This document shows positions 17,245-27,184 of a DNA stretch of 37,739 bases, piece after piece. Location: the NCBI GenBank assembly GCA_034670305.1, contig JAXMNT010000066.1, positions 1 to 37,739 on the forward strand, read 5' to 3'. Below the pieces are notes generated by a model. That model did no database searches and had not been told where the DNA came from. It saw nothing but the letters and a program-made list of their open reading frames with translations. A program made the position numbers and the translations under genes. Within the stretch, counting starts at the first letter, position 1, and each line of letters begins with the position of its first letter. The stretch is from Deltaproteobacteria bacterium. GTDB lineage: Bacteria; Myxococcota_A; Polyangia; Polyangiales; Houyiibacteriaceae.

Positions 17245-20200
17245 ATGGATCGGGCATGGTGGGGGCAGGCGGCTCGGGTCGTCTTGGCAGGCATACGCGC
17301 GGTCGCTCCCGCGGCGTTGCCGACGAGTTTGGCGACGAGTCTCGTCATTGCGGGAACTGCGATCACGGCCGGCGCCGTCCTCGGGGTGAGCCCCATCGTG
17401 GGGTCCAACGCCGCTCACGCGCAGCCGCTCCCGGAGGCCGACGTCCCCGCTCCGCTGCGCCCGTGGGTGGACTGGGTGCTACGGGGCGATCGGACACACG
17501 AGTGCGCGTGGATGACCAACGAGCGCGAGTGCCGCTGGCCGGGGCAGCTCACCCTCGAGCTGCGTGAGGGCGGCGCGCGGTTCACCTTGGAGGTCGAAGC
17601 GGGCGCCGACGTCAACGTGCGGCTTCCGGGCGGGCCTGGCGCGTTCCCCCTCGATGTCCGAGTGGGCGGTCGTGAGGTGCCACTGCGCCGCGACGATCAG
17701 GGGATCGCGAACGTCTGGCTGGCGCGCGGGAGCCACCGGATCACAGGGCACTTCGAACTCGAGGAGCTCCCCGAGCTCTTCCTCGTGCCACAGGAGATCG
17801 CGGTCGTCCGCGTGACCCGGGGTGGGCGCGCCGTCGCCGTGCGTCGCAACGACGTCGGCGACCTCTGGCTTCGTGCGCGGGAGACCGAGACAACCGAGAC
17901 GGAAGACGATCAACCGGACGGCCTCTCGCTCGAAGTCATGCGCCACGTGCAGGACGGCTCCCCCTTCCAGGTCGAGTCGCAGATCACGGTGCGCGCGTCG
18001 GGCCGGGCGCGTGAAGTCGTGCTCGGGCGGGCCGTCCTCGAGGGCATGACGCCGACCGAACTGCGCTCCGACCTCGCGGCGCGGCTCGACCCCGAGACCG
18101 GCGAGCTGCGCGTGCAGGCTCGGCCGGGGACGTTCACGATTCGGATCCGGGCGCAGATGGGCACACCGCCCGAGACGCTCGAGGCGCCGGACCAGCCCGA
18201 CCCCTGGCCCGAAGAGGAGCGCTGGGTGTGGCAACCGGATGAGCGCTTGCGCCAGGTCGCGGTGGCCGGCGCGCCGTCGCTCGATCGCGCCCGCACGAGT
18301 GTTCCGTCCGACTGGGAGGGCAGCGTGTATGCGCTCAGCGCCGGACAAGCGCTGTCGTTCACGACGTCCCGACGGGGGGAGTCGACGCCCGCGCCGAACC
18401 AGCTCGATCTCAACCGCGAGCTCTGGCTCGACTTCGACGGAGGCGGCTTCACCGCGCGCGACCGGCTCTCGGGCCGGATGTCGCAGGGATACCGCCTCGA
18501 CCTGCTCGAGGGCGAGCTCGGACGGGTGTCGATCCTCGGCGTCGGAGACCAGGTGATCACGGAGCTCGAGGGCAACCGCGGCGTGGAGATCCGCGATCAT
18601 GACTTCGCCATGGAAGCCGACGTTCGATTCAGCGGCACCTCCTCCATCCCCGCGGTGGGGTGGTCCGAGGACATGGGCGGAGCCAGCGCGACCCTGCACC
18701 TTCCGCCGGGGTGGGTTCTGTTGAGCGCCCGCGGAGTCGACACCGTCAGCGGTACGTGGCTCGAGCAGTGGAACCTCTGGAGCATCTTCTTCGTGCTCGT
18801 GATGAGCCTCGCCATCGGCCGGCTCGCGACGCCGAAGCTCGGGGTGCTTGCGCTCGTGGCGCTGACGCTCTGCTACCACGAGTCGGGTGCGCCCTTTCTG
18901 ACGTGGATCCTGCTCCTGCCCCTGCTCGGTCTCCGTCGCGTCATCCCCGCGGGGCCTCTACAAAAGGTCAGCTCGGGGCTCTTCTGGAGCACGGTTGTGC
19001 TCTTGCTCTGGGTGTCGCTTCCGTTCGCGACGTCGCAGCTCCGCAACGCGCTCTACCCATTCATGGCCGACGCGGACGCCGGGTGGGTCGAAGCGGGCTA
19101 TCGCTCCGCGACGCTTCACGAGACGTGGGACGAAGAGACGCCCGAATGGCTCGAAGAGGCGGAGTTCGATGACTACGAGGGCGGCGGTCGCGGCAAGCGG
19201 CACCGCGGGGACGAGGGTCAGATGGGCGAGGCGGCGTCGTCCAGGTCGTCCAACCGCTACGCCATCGAAGGGCCCACGAGCGACGACCCCCATATGGCGC
19301 GCGAGTCCGCCCGGGAGGCCACGCGCAACCCCGGCGGTAGCCTGGAACCCCTCAACGCCCCGCGCGACGCCGCCGGGTGGGTTGATCCGAACGCGATCGC
19401 CCAGACTGGTCCCGGGGTGCCGACGTGGGCGTTTCACGCGCACGAGCTGCGCTGGAACGGCCCGGTCCTTCGTGGGCAAGTGGTCTCGCTCACGCTCCTG
19501 CCACCCTGGCTCTTTCGCTTGCTCGCGCTCCTTCGAGTGGGCCTGCTCGCGGGGTTGATCCTCCTGTTGCTCGTGCGTCACGTGCCGACTCCGCCGGGGC
19601 CGAAACCGGCCACAGCGGACGACGAGGACGGAGACGACGGGCCTGAGGGCGAGCCTTCGCCACCACAGGACGCGCCCGAAACCCCGTCCAGCGGATCGGC
19701 CCAGGTCGTGGGCGCCACGGCGGTGCTGGTGGCCTTCTCCTTGTTTGGAGCCGGCGGGGCCTTTGTTGGCACGACGGCGCACGCGCAGGTGCCGAACCAA
19801 GCCGCCCTCGACGCGCTCGCCGAGCGACTGACGGCGGAGCCGGAGTGCTCCGGTGAGTGCGTGCTGGTCAGTGACGCCTCGCTCACGCTTGGCCCAGACG
19901 GCGAGCTGACCGTGGAGCTGGAAGTGCACGCGGGCGCGCAGGTCGGCGTGCCCCTTCCCGGTCCAGCGACGCACTGGGTCCCCGAGAGCGTGCGCGTCGA
20001 CGGGCGACCGACCACCGCGCTTCTCCGAAGCTCCGCCAACGTGGTCCATGTTCGCGTCGACGCGGGGGTCCACCGCATCACGCTGACGGGTCCTGTGCGC
20101 GGCGACGCGTTGACGCTCGCGCTCGGCACATCGCCTTCCCGCACGCAGGCCAACCTTCGCGGCTGGGCCGCGACCGGCATCCGGCCCGACGGGAGCGGCG

Positions 20201-21864
20201 CCGAGACGCTCGAGTTGCGCCGGACGGTCCCCCGCGCGGATCCGGCCGTGGCGGATCCGGCCGTGTCTGGCGAGCCGGACGCGGCCCTCGGCGAGACGCA
20301 AGACGAACGGGAGGCTCCGTTGCCGGTATGGGCCATCGTCGAGCGGCGGCTGGAGCTCGGGGTGCGTTGGACACTGCACACCGTCGTCCGCCGGCATGGC
20401 GACGAGTCGACTGGGCAAGCGACCCTGCGATTGCCACTCCTCGAGGGCGAGTCGGTCACGGCCGACTCGGTGCAGGTCGAGGACGGCGTGGTGCTGGCCC
20501 GGGTGCCCCATCGTGGAGACGCGCTGCGCTGGACCTCGACGCTCGAGCCCGGGAGCGCCATCGGTCTCGAAGCCAGCGAGGGCCAGCACACGAGCGAGGT
20601 CTGGGTCCTCGCGTGCAGCCCGATGTGGCGCTGCGCACCCGAAGGCCTGACGCCCACCTCGCGCGGCGACCATGAGGTCAGCACCACGTATCACCCCTGG
20701 CCTGGCGAGACGCTGGCCATCACCGCAACGCAACCCCCGGGGGCGGAGGGAAGCTCGCGCACGATCCAGGACGCAGCCCTTCGTCTGACCCCCGGGGTAC
20801 GCAGCCTCGCGGCCACGCTCGAGATGACCGTGCGGGCGAGCCAGGGAGACACCCAGGCCGTCGTTCTCCCGGCCGGCGCGGAGGTGCAGTCACTAAGCGT
20901 CCGTGGTCGTTCGCGGCCCGTGCAGCTCGACGACGAGGGCCGGCTCGAGGTGAACGTACCGCCCGGGGAATCGGCCATCCGAGTCGAGTGGCGGCAGGCG
21001 GGCGGACTCGGTCTCGTGTTCGCCAGCCCCGAGGTCGGACTCCGCGACGAAATCGTCAACGCGAGCATCGACATCGACCTCCCGCACGACCGCTGGGTGC
21101 TGTGGGCGTGGGGCCCAGCGTCAGGGGTCGCGGTGCTCTTCTGGCCGTACCTGCTGCTCGTGTTCGGCCTCGCGTTCGTGCTCGCGCGCACGAAGCGAAC
21201 CCCGCTCAAGCTTGTCGACTGGTTCTTGCTCGGCATCGGCCTGACCCAAATCCCCCCGCTTGCGGGGCTGTGCGTGATCGGGTGGTTCTTCGCGATCGAT
21301 CTCCGTGGTCGAACGCCCGACATAGGACGCGGGCTCTTCGTGGTTCGGCAGATCAGCCTAGCGTTCTACTCCCTCATCGCAGCGGTCTGCCTCTACGCCG
21401 CGCTGCACGTGGGCCTGCTGATGCAGCCCGACATGCAGGTGGCCTCGGTCGAAAGCGGAGCCAACCAACTCGCCTGGTACCTCGACCGAGCCGGCGACAC
21501 GATGCCGCCGGCCGGTGTGCTCAGTGCCCCGCTCTGGGTGTGGCGGGTGCTGATCCTGGCGTGGGCGCTCTGGCTCGCGGTTCGACTCTTCTCTTGGGGG
21601 AAGTGGGGCTGGACGAACTTCGCCCGAGGTGGCTGGTTCAAGGGCGGCATCGCACCACCTGCACCGGCTCCACGCACGGCGGCGCCAGAACCGGCTGCGC
21701 CCGGGGCTTCGGGCGTTGCGCCACATGCCGCGCCGGGCGGCGAACCCGAGGTTGCGGAGGAGGGCACGGCCGCCGGGCTGCCGGACGACGGCGAGGAAGG
21801 CGAGGTTGCGGGGGCGGCGGACGATGGAGAGACCGATCGACCGGGGCCAGCGGAGGAGGAGTAG
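17245..21864 (+). CDS. Very large (~1540 aa) multi-pass membrane protein with two extracytoplasmic beta-rich regions
   Basis: Long ORF; signal peptide ending AHA-Q; TM clusters in the middle and at the C-terminus. TAGCGT 5 nt before ATG 17245. Confidence 0.85.
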   Translation: MDRAWWGQAARVVLAGIRAVAPAALPTSLATSLVIAGTAITAGAVLGVSPIVGSNAAHAQPLPEADVPAPLRPWVDWVLRGDRTHECAWMTNERECRWPGQLTLELREGGARFTLEVEAGADVNVRLPGGPGAFPLDVRVGGREVPLRRDDQGIANVWLARGSHRITGHFELEELPELFLVPQEIAVVRVTRGGRAVAVRRNDVGDLWLRARETETTETEDDQPDGLSLEVMRHVQDGSPFQVESQITVRASGRAREVVLGRAVLEGMTPTELRSDLAARLDPETGELRVQARPGTFTIRIRAQMGTPPETLEAPDQPDPWPEEERWVWQPDERLRQVAVAGAPSLDRARTSVPSDWEGSVYALSAGQALSFTTSRRGESTPAPNQLDLNRELWLDFDGGGFTARDRLSGRMSQGYRLDLLEGELGRVSILGVGDQVITELEGNRGVEIRDHDFAMEADVRFSGTSSIPAVGWSEDMGGASATLHLPPGWVLLSARGVDTVSGTWLEQWNLWSIFFVLVMSLAIGRLATPKLGVLALVALTLCYHESGAPFLTWILLLPLLGLRRVIPAGPLQKVSSGLFWSTVVLLLWVSLPFATSQLRNALYPFMADADAGWVEAGYRSATLHETWDEETPEWLEEAEFDDYEGGGRGKRHRGDEGQMGEAASSRSSNRYAIEGPTSDDPHMARESAREATRNPGGSLEPLNAPRDAAGWVDPNAIAQTGPGVPTWAFHAHELRWNGPVLRGQVVSLTLLPPWLFRLLALLRVGLLAGLILLLLVRHVPTPPGPKPATADDEDGDDGPEGEPSPPQDAPETPSSGSAQVVGATAVLVAFSLFGAGGAFVGTTAHAQVPNQAALDALAERLTAEPECSGECVLVSDASLTLGPDGELTVELEVHAGAQVGVPLPGPATHWVPESVRVDGRPTTALLRSSANVVHVRVDAGVHRITLTGPVRGDALTLALGTSPSRTQANLRGWAATGIRPDGSGAETLELRRTVPRADPAVADPAVSGEPDAALGETQDEREAPLPVWAIVERRLELGVRWTLHTVVRRHGDESTGQATLRLPLLEGESVTADSVQVEDGVVLARVPHRGDALRWTSTLEPGSAIGLEASEGQHTSEVWVLACSPMWRCAPEGLTPTSRGDHEVSTTYHPWPGETLAITATQPPGAEGSSRTIQDAALRLTPGVRSLAATLEMTVRASQGDTQAVVLPAGAEVQSLSVRGRSRPVQLDDEGRLEVNVPPGESAIRVEWRQAGGLGLVFASPEVGLRDEIVNASIDIDLPHDRWVLWAWGPASGVAVLFWPYLLLVFGLAFVLARTKRTPLKLVDWFLLGIGLTQIPPLAGLCVIGWFFAIDLRGRTPDIGRGLFVVRQISLAFYSLIAAVCLYAALHVGLLMQPDMQVASVESGANQLAWYLDRAGDTMPPAGVLSAPLWVWRVLILAWALWLAVRLFSWGKWGWTNFARGGWFKGGIAPPAPAPRTAAPEPAAPGASGVAPHAAPGGEPEVAEEGTAAGLPDDGEEGEVAGAADDGETDRPGPAEEE

Positions 21865-21964
21865 CGGCAGCCGGTTCCGTGCGTCAGTCAGCTTCGAGGA
21901 TCTCAAAGCCCTCCTGGCCGATCTGGCGTGGGCGCTTCCGCGACTGTTCCGCGACCGCTCCGTG

Positions 21965-22666
21965 TCAGCGGACGGGGAGGACGACTCGGCTTCGGGTGTC
22001 GCCGGCGGCGATGTCGAGGGTGACGGTGGAGGTGCCGGTGGCGGGGAAGAGTTGCACGATGTCCCACCAGACGCGGTCGGCTTCGCCGTCGGTGGCGCGG
22101 ACCTCGAGGCTGGTGTCCTGGAGGCGGGTGCCGGAGGCGTCGAAGAGGCGCACGGCGACGTCGGTCGCGGTGTTCGCGTCCAGGTACGCCGGTTCGTCTT
22201 CGCGGTCGCGCACGACCACTTCGATGCGGTCCACGGTGCGCGTGGAGAGCGTCACCCGGTCGTAGAGCGCGCCTCGCTCGTTCGTGACGTCGAGTACCGC
22301 GGTGCCTTCGCTGGTGGCGCGCAGGTCGAGCGAACGTTCCGCATCGAAGTACTCGTCGGTGCCGGGTCCTTCGATCTCGATCGAGCCGCTGATGCCGTAC
22401 AGCGGCGACGCGGGGAAGGCGCCTTCGATGGGCTGCATGCCGATGGTGGTCGTGCCGCCGACGGCGATCGGAAGCAGGGTCGGGGATTCCATCAGCTCGA
22501 ACCCGAGCACCGTGAACCGCAAGCCCGCGAAGCCCTCGACGCAGGTCTCGACCGGACACTCGCCCGTGCGTGCGCGCTCCCCGTCTTCGGTCGCCGAACA
22601 CGCGAGGATGGTCCCTAGGATCACCCCGCCCGAGAGCACGCCCACAAGCAACTTCCCCATCCGCAT
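21965..22666 (-). CDS. Hypothetical lipoprotein (Ig-like beta-sandwich)
   Basis: MRMGKLLVG...ILA-C lipobox, CPVETC motif, beta-rich body. CATCGT 6 nt upstream of the ATG. Confidence 0.72.
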   Translation of the reverse strand: MRMGKLLVGVLSGGVILGTILACSATEDGERARTGECPVETCVEGFAGLRFTVLGFELMESPTLLPIAVGGTTTIGMQPIEGAFPASPLYGISGSIEIEGPGTDEYFDAERSLDLRATSEGTAVLDVTNERGALYDRVTLSTRTVDRIEVVVRDREDEPAYLDANTATDVAVRLFDASGTRLQDTSLEVRATDGEADRVWWDIVQLFPATGTSTVTLDIAAGDTRSRVVLPVR

Positions 22667-22751
22667 GCCCACACGATGACACGGCTCCCACCGCTCCGCA
22701 CTTCTCGTCGGGTGGGCGGCGGTGCGGGTCACACTGGGCGAGCCACGCGGC

Positions 22752-22997
22752 TCACTCGTCTTCGATGCGCAGGGCCTCTTCGACGGCGGCGGCCAAACTC
22801 GCCTGCTCGGCAAGACTGCCGTTCTTCGGTTGGACCAACGTGCCCTTCGCCTCGAACACCTCGACGCAAAACACCTCGCGTACCGCCCGGATGAGGTGGA
22901 TGCGGGAGTGCCCTTCGGAGAGCGCGATGCGCACGGCTTCGTGGGCGGAGCGGCCCATGCGCTTCAAATCGATCAGCCGGTCGAACGCATCGTTCAC
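22752..22997 (-). CDS. Small helical hypothetical protein (L7/L12 C-terminal-like IRAVRE..EAK motif)
   Basis: 81 aa with protein-like composition; fills the intergenic gap; IHLIRAVREVFCVEVFEAK. Confidence 0.55.
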   Translation of the reverse strand: MNDAFDRLIDLKRMGRSAHEAVRIALSEGHSRIHLIRAVREVFCVEVFEAKGTLVQPKNGSLAEQASLAAAVEEALRIEDE

Positions 22998-23044
22998 CCG
23001 GTGCTCCTGCCACGAGACCGGTCCGTGGCCAACCCGCTCGGCAC

Positions 23045-23072
23045 TCGACAGATGGGCGGCATGGCGTAGCGT
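23045..23072 (+). promoter_or_regulatory. Putative sigma70 promoter of tesB (leaderless)
   Basis: TCGACA-N16-TAGCGT, ending 5 nt before ATG 23078. Confidence 0.45.
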
Positions 23073-23077
23073 GGTTC

Positions 23078-23977
23078 ATGACCGAGAAGCGAGACGTGCT
23101 CGAGGAGTTGATCGACATCCTCACCCTCGAACGCATCGAGGAGAACATCTTCCGGGGGCAGAGTCAGAACCTCGGATGGGGCCGCGTGTTCGGTGGACAG
23201 GTCGTGGGCCAGGCGCTCTCGGCGGCGGAGCAGACGGTCCCCGAGGATCGGCACGTGCACTCGCTCCACGGCTACTTCCTGCGCTCGGGCGACGCGGACG
23301 AACCGATCGCGTTTCTCGTCGATCCGATCCGCGACGGACGCAGCTTCACCACCCGCCGGGTGGTCGCGGTGCAGAACGGCAAAGCCATCTTCAACCTCGC
23401 CGCCTCGTTCCAGATCGACGAAGACGGACTCGGTCATCAGGCGGACGTGATGCCAGAGGTGCCGGGTCCCGACGAGCTCCTCTCGGAACAAGATCTCGGC
23501 AAGCGGTACTTGTCGAAGCTGCCCGAAGCGGTGGTGAAGGGCATCCCCGAAGCGATGCGCGAACGCATCGTGGCCGACCGCCCGATCGAAGTCCGGCCGG
23601 TCACGCCGATCGATCCCATGCGGCCGAAAGAGCACCCGCCGATCAAGCAGGTCTGGTTCCGCGCGACCGGCGCGCTGCCCGACCGCCGTTCGATCCACGA
23701 GTACCTCATCGCCTACGCGTCGGACTTCCACCTGCTCGGCACGAGCATGCACCCGCACTCCGTCACCTGGCTCACCCCCGGCATGCAGGTCGCCAGCCTC
23801 GACCACGCGATGTGGTTCCACCGCCGCTTCCGCTTCGACGAGTGGATGCTCTACGACATGGACGCCCCCACCAGCCAAGGCTCCCGCGGCCTGAGCCGCG
23901 GCCGCTGGTTCACGAAAGACGGAACCCTCGTCGCGACCACCGCCCAAGAAGGCCTGATCCGAGACCGCCGAAAGTAG
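23078..23977 (+). CDS. tesB: Acyl-CoA thioesterase II
   Basis: RVFGGQVVGQAL, HSLHGYFLR, RDGRSFTTRRV, YASD, ASLDHAMWFH and QEGLIR. Confidence 0.96.
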   Translation: MTEKRDVLEELIDILTLERIEENIFRGQSQNLGWGRVFGGQVVGQALSAAEQTVPEDRHVHSLHGYFLRSGDADEPIAFLVDPIRDGRSFTTRRVVAVQNGKAIFNLAASFQIDEDGLGHQADVMPEVPGPDELLSEQDLGKRYLSKLPEAVVKGIPEAMRERIVADRPIEVRPVTPIDPMRPKEHPPIKQVWFRATGALPDRRSIHEYLIAYASDFHLLGTSMHPHSVTWLTPGMQVASLDHAMWFHRRFRFDEWMLYDMDAPTSQGSRGLSRGRWFTKDGTLVATTAQEGLIRDRRK

Positions 23978-23986
23978 CGCGGCGTC

Positions 23987-24236
23987 GCCGAAGCCGAAGC
24001 TGACGCCGTAGCCGAAGCCGAAGCCGATGCCGAAGCCGAAGCCGATGCCGAAGCCGATGCCGACGCCGAGGCCCAAGCCGACGCCGAAGCCGACGCCGAG
24101 GCCCAAGCCGACGCCGAAGCCGAAGCCGACGCCGAAGCCGAAGCCGAAGCCGAATCCGAATCCGAATCCGAATCCGAATCCGAAGGAGAGGATGTGCGGT
24201 TCCCGTGCCCGTGCCCGTGCCCGTGCCCGTGCCCGT
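23987..24236 (+). repeat. (GCCGAN)n-(TCCGAA)n array with conserved tail and (GTGCCC)5 between convergent tesB and ilvD
   Basis: Tail CCGAAGGAGAGGATGTGCGGTTCCCGTGCCCG at 24180-24211. The GTGCCC expansion runs into the ilvD stop. Confidence 0.9.
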
Positions 24237-25930
24237 CACGCGTCGGTCAGACACCCCTCGCTCGCGGGCCCGACGAGTTTGACGTACTTGGCGAGGGTGC
24301 CGCGGGTGGCCTTTGGCGCCGGCTTCTTCCACGCCGCGCGCCGGACCGCGAGCTCTTCTTCGGACACTTCGAACTCGAGGGTGCGGGCGGTGGCGTCGAT
24401 GCGGATCGGATCGCCGTCTCGGACGAGCGCGATGGGTCCGCCCTCGGCGGCTTCGGGACAGACGTGGCCGACGATGAAACCGTGCGAACCGCCGCTGAAC
24501 CGGCCGTCGGTCACGAGCGCGACGTCCTTGCCGAGGCCGGCGCCCATGATGACCGAGGTCGGCGCGAGCATCTCGGGCATGCCCGGGCCGCCCTTCGGGC
24601 CTTCGTAGCGGATCACCACGACGTCGCCCGCGACGACCTCGCTGCGTTCGACCGCCGCGAGCATGTCTTCTTCGCAATCGTAGACGCGGGCGGTGCCTTC
24701 GAAGCGCAGACCTTCCTTGCCGGTGATCTTGGCCACCGCACCATCGGGGGCGAGGGAGCCGCGAAGAATGGTCAGGTGGCCGGTCGCTTTGATCGGCGCG
24801 GACACCGGCACGATGACCTTCTGGCCCTCTTGCAGATCCGGCAGCCCGTCGAGGTTTTCTTCCAGCGTCTTCCCGGTGACCGTCCGGCAGCTACCGTCGA
24901 GCAGGCCTTCGTTCAACAAGAGCCGCATCACCGCGGGCGTGCCGCCGATGGCGTGCAGGTCTTCCATCACGTAACGCCCGCTCGGTTTGAGATCGGCGAG
25001 CAGCGGCACCCGGTCGCTCACCGATTGGAAGTCGTCGAGGGCGAGTTCGACGTCGACCGCGTGCGCCATCGCGAGCAAGTGCAGGATCGCGTTGGTGGAT
25101 CCGCCGAGCGCGGTGATGATCACCATCGCGTTCTCGAACGCGGCGCGGGTCATGATGTCGCGCGGTTTGAGATCGAGTTCCAGCAGCGTGCGGATCGCCT
25201 GGCCCGCGCGCGCGCACTCTTCGATCTTTCCGCCGTCCGTGGCCGGGGTCGACGCCGAGTACGGGAGACTCATGCCGAGCGCTTCGATCGCGGACGCCAT
25301 GGTGTTGGCGGTGTACATGCCGCCGCACGCGCCGGCGCCCGGACACGACTTGGCGACGATCTGCGCGCGGGTGTCTTCGTCGATCGCGCCGACGAGCAGT
25401 TCGCCGTAGCTCTGGAACGCACTGACGACGTCGAGCCGGTGCGCCTTGCCGTCCGCGTCGTGCCGCACCCCGGCGCGGATGGTGCCGCCGTAGATCATGA
25501 GCGCGGGCCGGTTGAGCCGGCCCATCGCGATGAGGCAACCGGGCATGTTCTTGTCGCAGCCGGGAATCGCGACGAGGCCGTCGTAGAAGTGCGCGCCCAT
25601 CACGGTCTCGATGGAGTCCGCGATCAGATCGCGCGACTGCAGGGAGAAGGACATGCCGTCCGTGCCCATCGAGATGCCATCGCTCACCCCGACGGTGTGG
25701 AAGCGCAGGCCGTGCATCTCCTCGGCGGTCACGCTCGCTTTCACGTGCCCGGCGAGGTCGCCGAGGTGCATGTTGCAGGAGTTGCCGTCGTACCAGACGC
25801 TGGCGATGCCGACCTGCGGCCACCCGAGTTGCGCTTGGGTGATGCCGGTCGCGTGCAGCATCGCCTGAGACGCACCCTGCGCCTTGTGTTCGGTCAGCCG
25901 CGCGCTCGTCTGGTTCAGCTTCCTCTTCAT
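24236..25930 (-). CDS. ilvD: Dihydroxy-acid dehydratase
   Basis: [57 protein letters not shown] and [11 protein letters not shown]. Confidence 0.97.
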   Translation of the reverse strand: MKRKLNQTSARLTEHKAQGASQAMLHATGITQAQLGWPQVGIASVWYDGNSCNMHLGDLAGHVKASVTAEEMHGLRFHTVGVSDGISMGTDGMSFSLQSRDLIADSIETVMGAHFYDGLVAIPGCDKNMPGCLIAMGRLNRPALMIYGGTIRAGVRHDADGKAHRLDVVSAFQSYGELLVGAIDEDTRAQIVAKSCPGAGACGGMYTANTMASAIEALGMSLPYSASTPATDGGKIEECARAGQAIRTLLELDLKPRDIMTRAAFENAMVIITALGGSTNAILHLLAMAHAVDVELALDDFQSVSDRVPLLADLKPSGRYVMEDLHAIGGTPAVMRLLLNEGLLDGSCRTVTGKTLEENLDGLPDLQEGQKVIVPVSAPIKATGHLTILRGSLAPDGAVAKITGKEGLRFEGTARVYDCEEDMLAAVERSEVVAGDVVVIRYEGPKGGPGMPEMLAPTSVIMGAGLGKDVALVTDGRFSGGSHGFIVGHVCPEAAEGGPIALVRDGDPIRIDATARTLEFEVSEEELAVRRAAWKKPAPKATRGTLAKYVKLVGPASEGCLTDA

Positions 25931-25985
25931 CCGCAGACCATGAATCGGAAGGACCGCGGGTGCGAGCGGACCGGGGCGCGGCAGC

Positions 25986-26705
25986 TCAGAAGGGGTTGTT
26001 CGGAACCGGGGACGCGGGCGCGGCGGGCGCGGCGGGCGCGGGCGCGGGCGGCGTGGGAACCAACGCAGGCTCCTCCGACGCCGCGGCCACGCTGCGGGGT
26101 GCGCGGGTGCGCGGTGCACGGTTGGGCGCCATCTCAACCGCAAGCGTGAACTCGTGCCTGTTCTCCGCGAGCGTGAACTCCGCCGGTGCGATGGAACGTT
26201 CGAAGGTCTGGTGACCGTCGAGCGTCACCACGAGATCGACCGGCTCGGTCAAAACACCGAGGTCCATCGTGGTCCCGGTCTGGACTTCGTCGTCCACCCG
26301 AACTTCGGCGCCGTCCGGGACGGCTTCGAGGCGCAGTTGGTGGCCGAATGGTTCGAGGGCGATCGACAGTTCGGCCCCCTCGACCGGTGCGGTCTCGGTG
26401 CGCTCGACGAGTTGGTGTCCCTCGAGCCGGGCCTCGAGGTCGAACACGCGTTCTGCTTCGACCTCCACTTCGAGTGGGGTCTGCCCGACCACTTCCCCGT
26501 CGAGCCGGATCTCGGCGCCTTCCGGAGTCGAGGTCACGGAGAGGGTGACCATCGCTGGCGCCGGTTCGGCCCCCGCCTCCTGGGCGTCCGCGGACCAGAG
26601 CGGGGCCAACACGGCCGCGAACGCGACGAGGACCCCGAGGGCGATCGGGAGCAGCCAGGACTTCGGTTCGGCGGGTGGGGGAGGCATCTGCATGGGGACA
26701 TGCAT
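25986..26705 (-). CDS. PEGA domain membrane protein
   Basis: N-terminal TM, two PEGA-like repeats ([28 protein letters not shown]), Pro/Ala tail ending NNPF. Start 26705 or 26693. Confidence 0.82.
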   Translation of the reverse strand: MHVPMQMPPPPAEPKSWLLPIALGVLVAFAAVLAPLWSADAQEAGAEPAPAMVTLSVTSTPEGAEIRLDGEVVGQTPLEVEVEAERVFDLEARLEGHQLVERTETAPVEGAELSIALEPFGHQLRLEAVPDGAEVRVDDEVQTGTTMDLGVLTEPVDLVVTLDGHQTFERSIAPAEFTLAENRHEFTLAVEMAPNRAPRTRAPRSVAAASEEPALVPTPPAPAPAAPAAPASPVPNNPF

Positions 26706-26792
26706 CGCTGAGGTCGGTGACGAGCGTGTGTCTTGGACGTCACGAAGGCGCGGCAGGTTGTCCGTTCCACAGGCACCTCGTAGAACGCCGAG

Positions 26793-27176
26793 ATGGGCCA
26801 CGATGTTCTCGAAGGCGGGTGTCATTGTGGGGCGGTGCGGTTTCGGGTCTCCGTCTCCGAACGGCGTGCGCTCGACTGCAACTGTTCCATCTGCTCGCGC
26901 AAGGGGTTCCTCCACTTCATCGCGACCGCCGCCGAGTTCGAACTGCTCACGCCCGAGGAGGCGCTGTCGGACTACCGGTTCGGCACGCGGACCGCGCGCC
27001 ACCTGTTCTGCAGTACGTGCGGCATCCACCCGTTCTACGTGCCGCGCAGCCACCCGGACGGGTTCGATGTGAACGTGCGCTGTCTGGACGAGGTCGTCGC
27101 TTCGGGCCTCGACCGCTGGACGATCGAGCCCTTCGACGGCCGCGACTGGGAGTCGCACATCGACTCGATCCGCTGA
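26793..27176 (+). CDS. GFA / CENP-V family Zn-binding protein
   Basis: GGCHCGAVRF, CNCSICSRKG, FCSTCGIHPF, RSHPDG..VNVRCLD and FDGRDWE. Confidence 0.93.
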   Translation: MGHDVLEGGCHCGAVRFRVSVSERRALDCNCSICSRKGFLHFIATAAEFELLTPEEALSDYRFGTRTARHLFCSTCGIHPFYVPRSHPDGFDVNVRCLDEVVASGLDRWTIEPFDGRDWESHIDSIR

Positions 27177-27184
27177 GCGGGCGA

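Noticed and set aside
24027-24608. ORFs reading PKPKPMP, AEAEAD or GFGFGI through the arrays (also at 11325, 28308, 33794)
   Set aside because: These are translations of stop-free hexamer repeats, mostly overlapping real genes on the other strand. The GGAGAGG-ATG in the tail does not open a conserved ORF.
26008-26053. GGGCGC-type repeat
   Set aside because: It is the coding sequence of the Pro/Ala tail of the PEGA protein.
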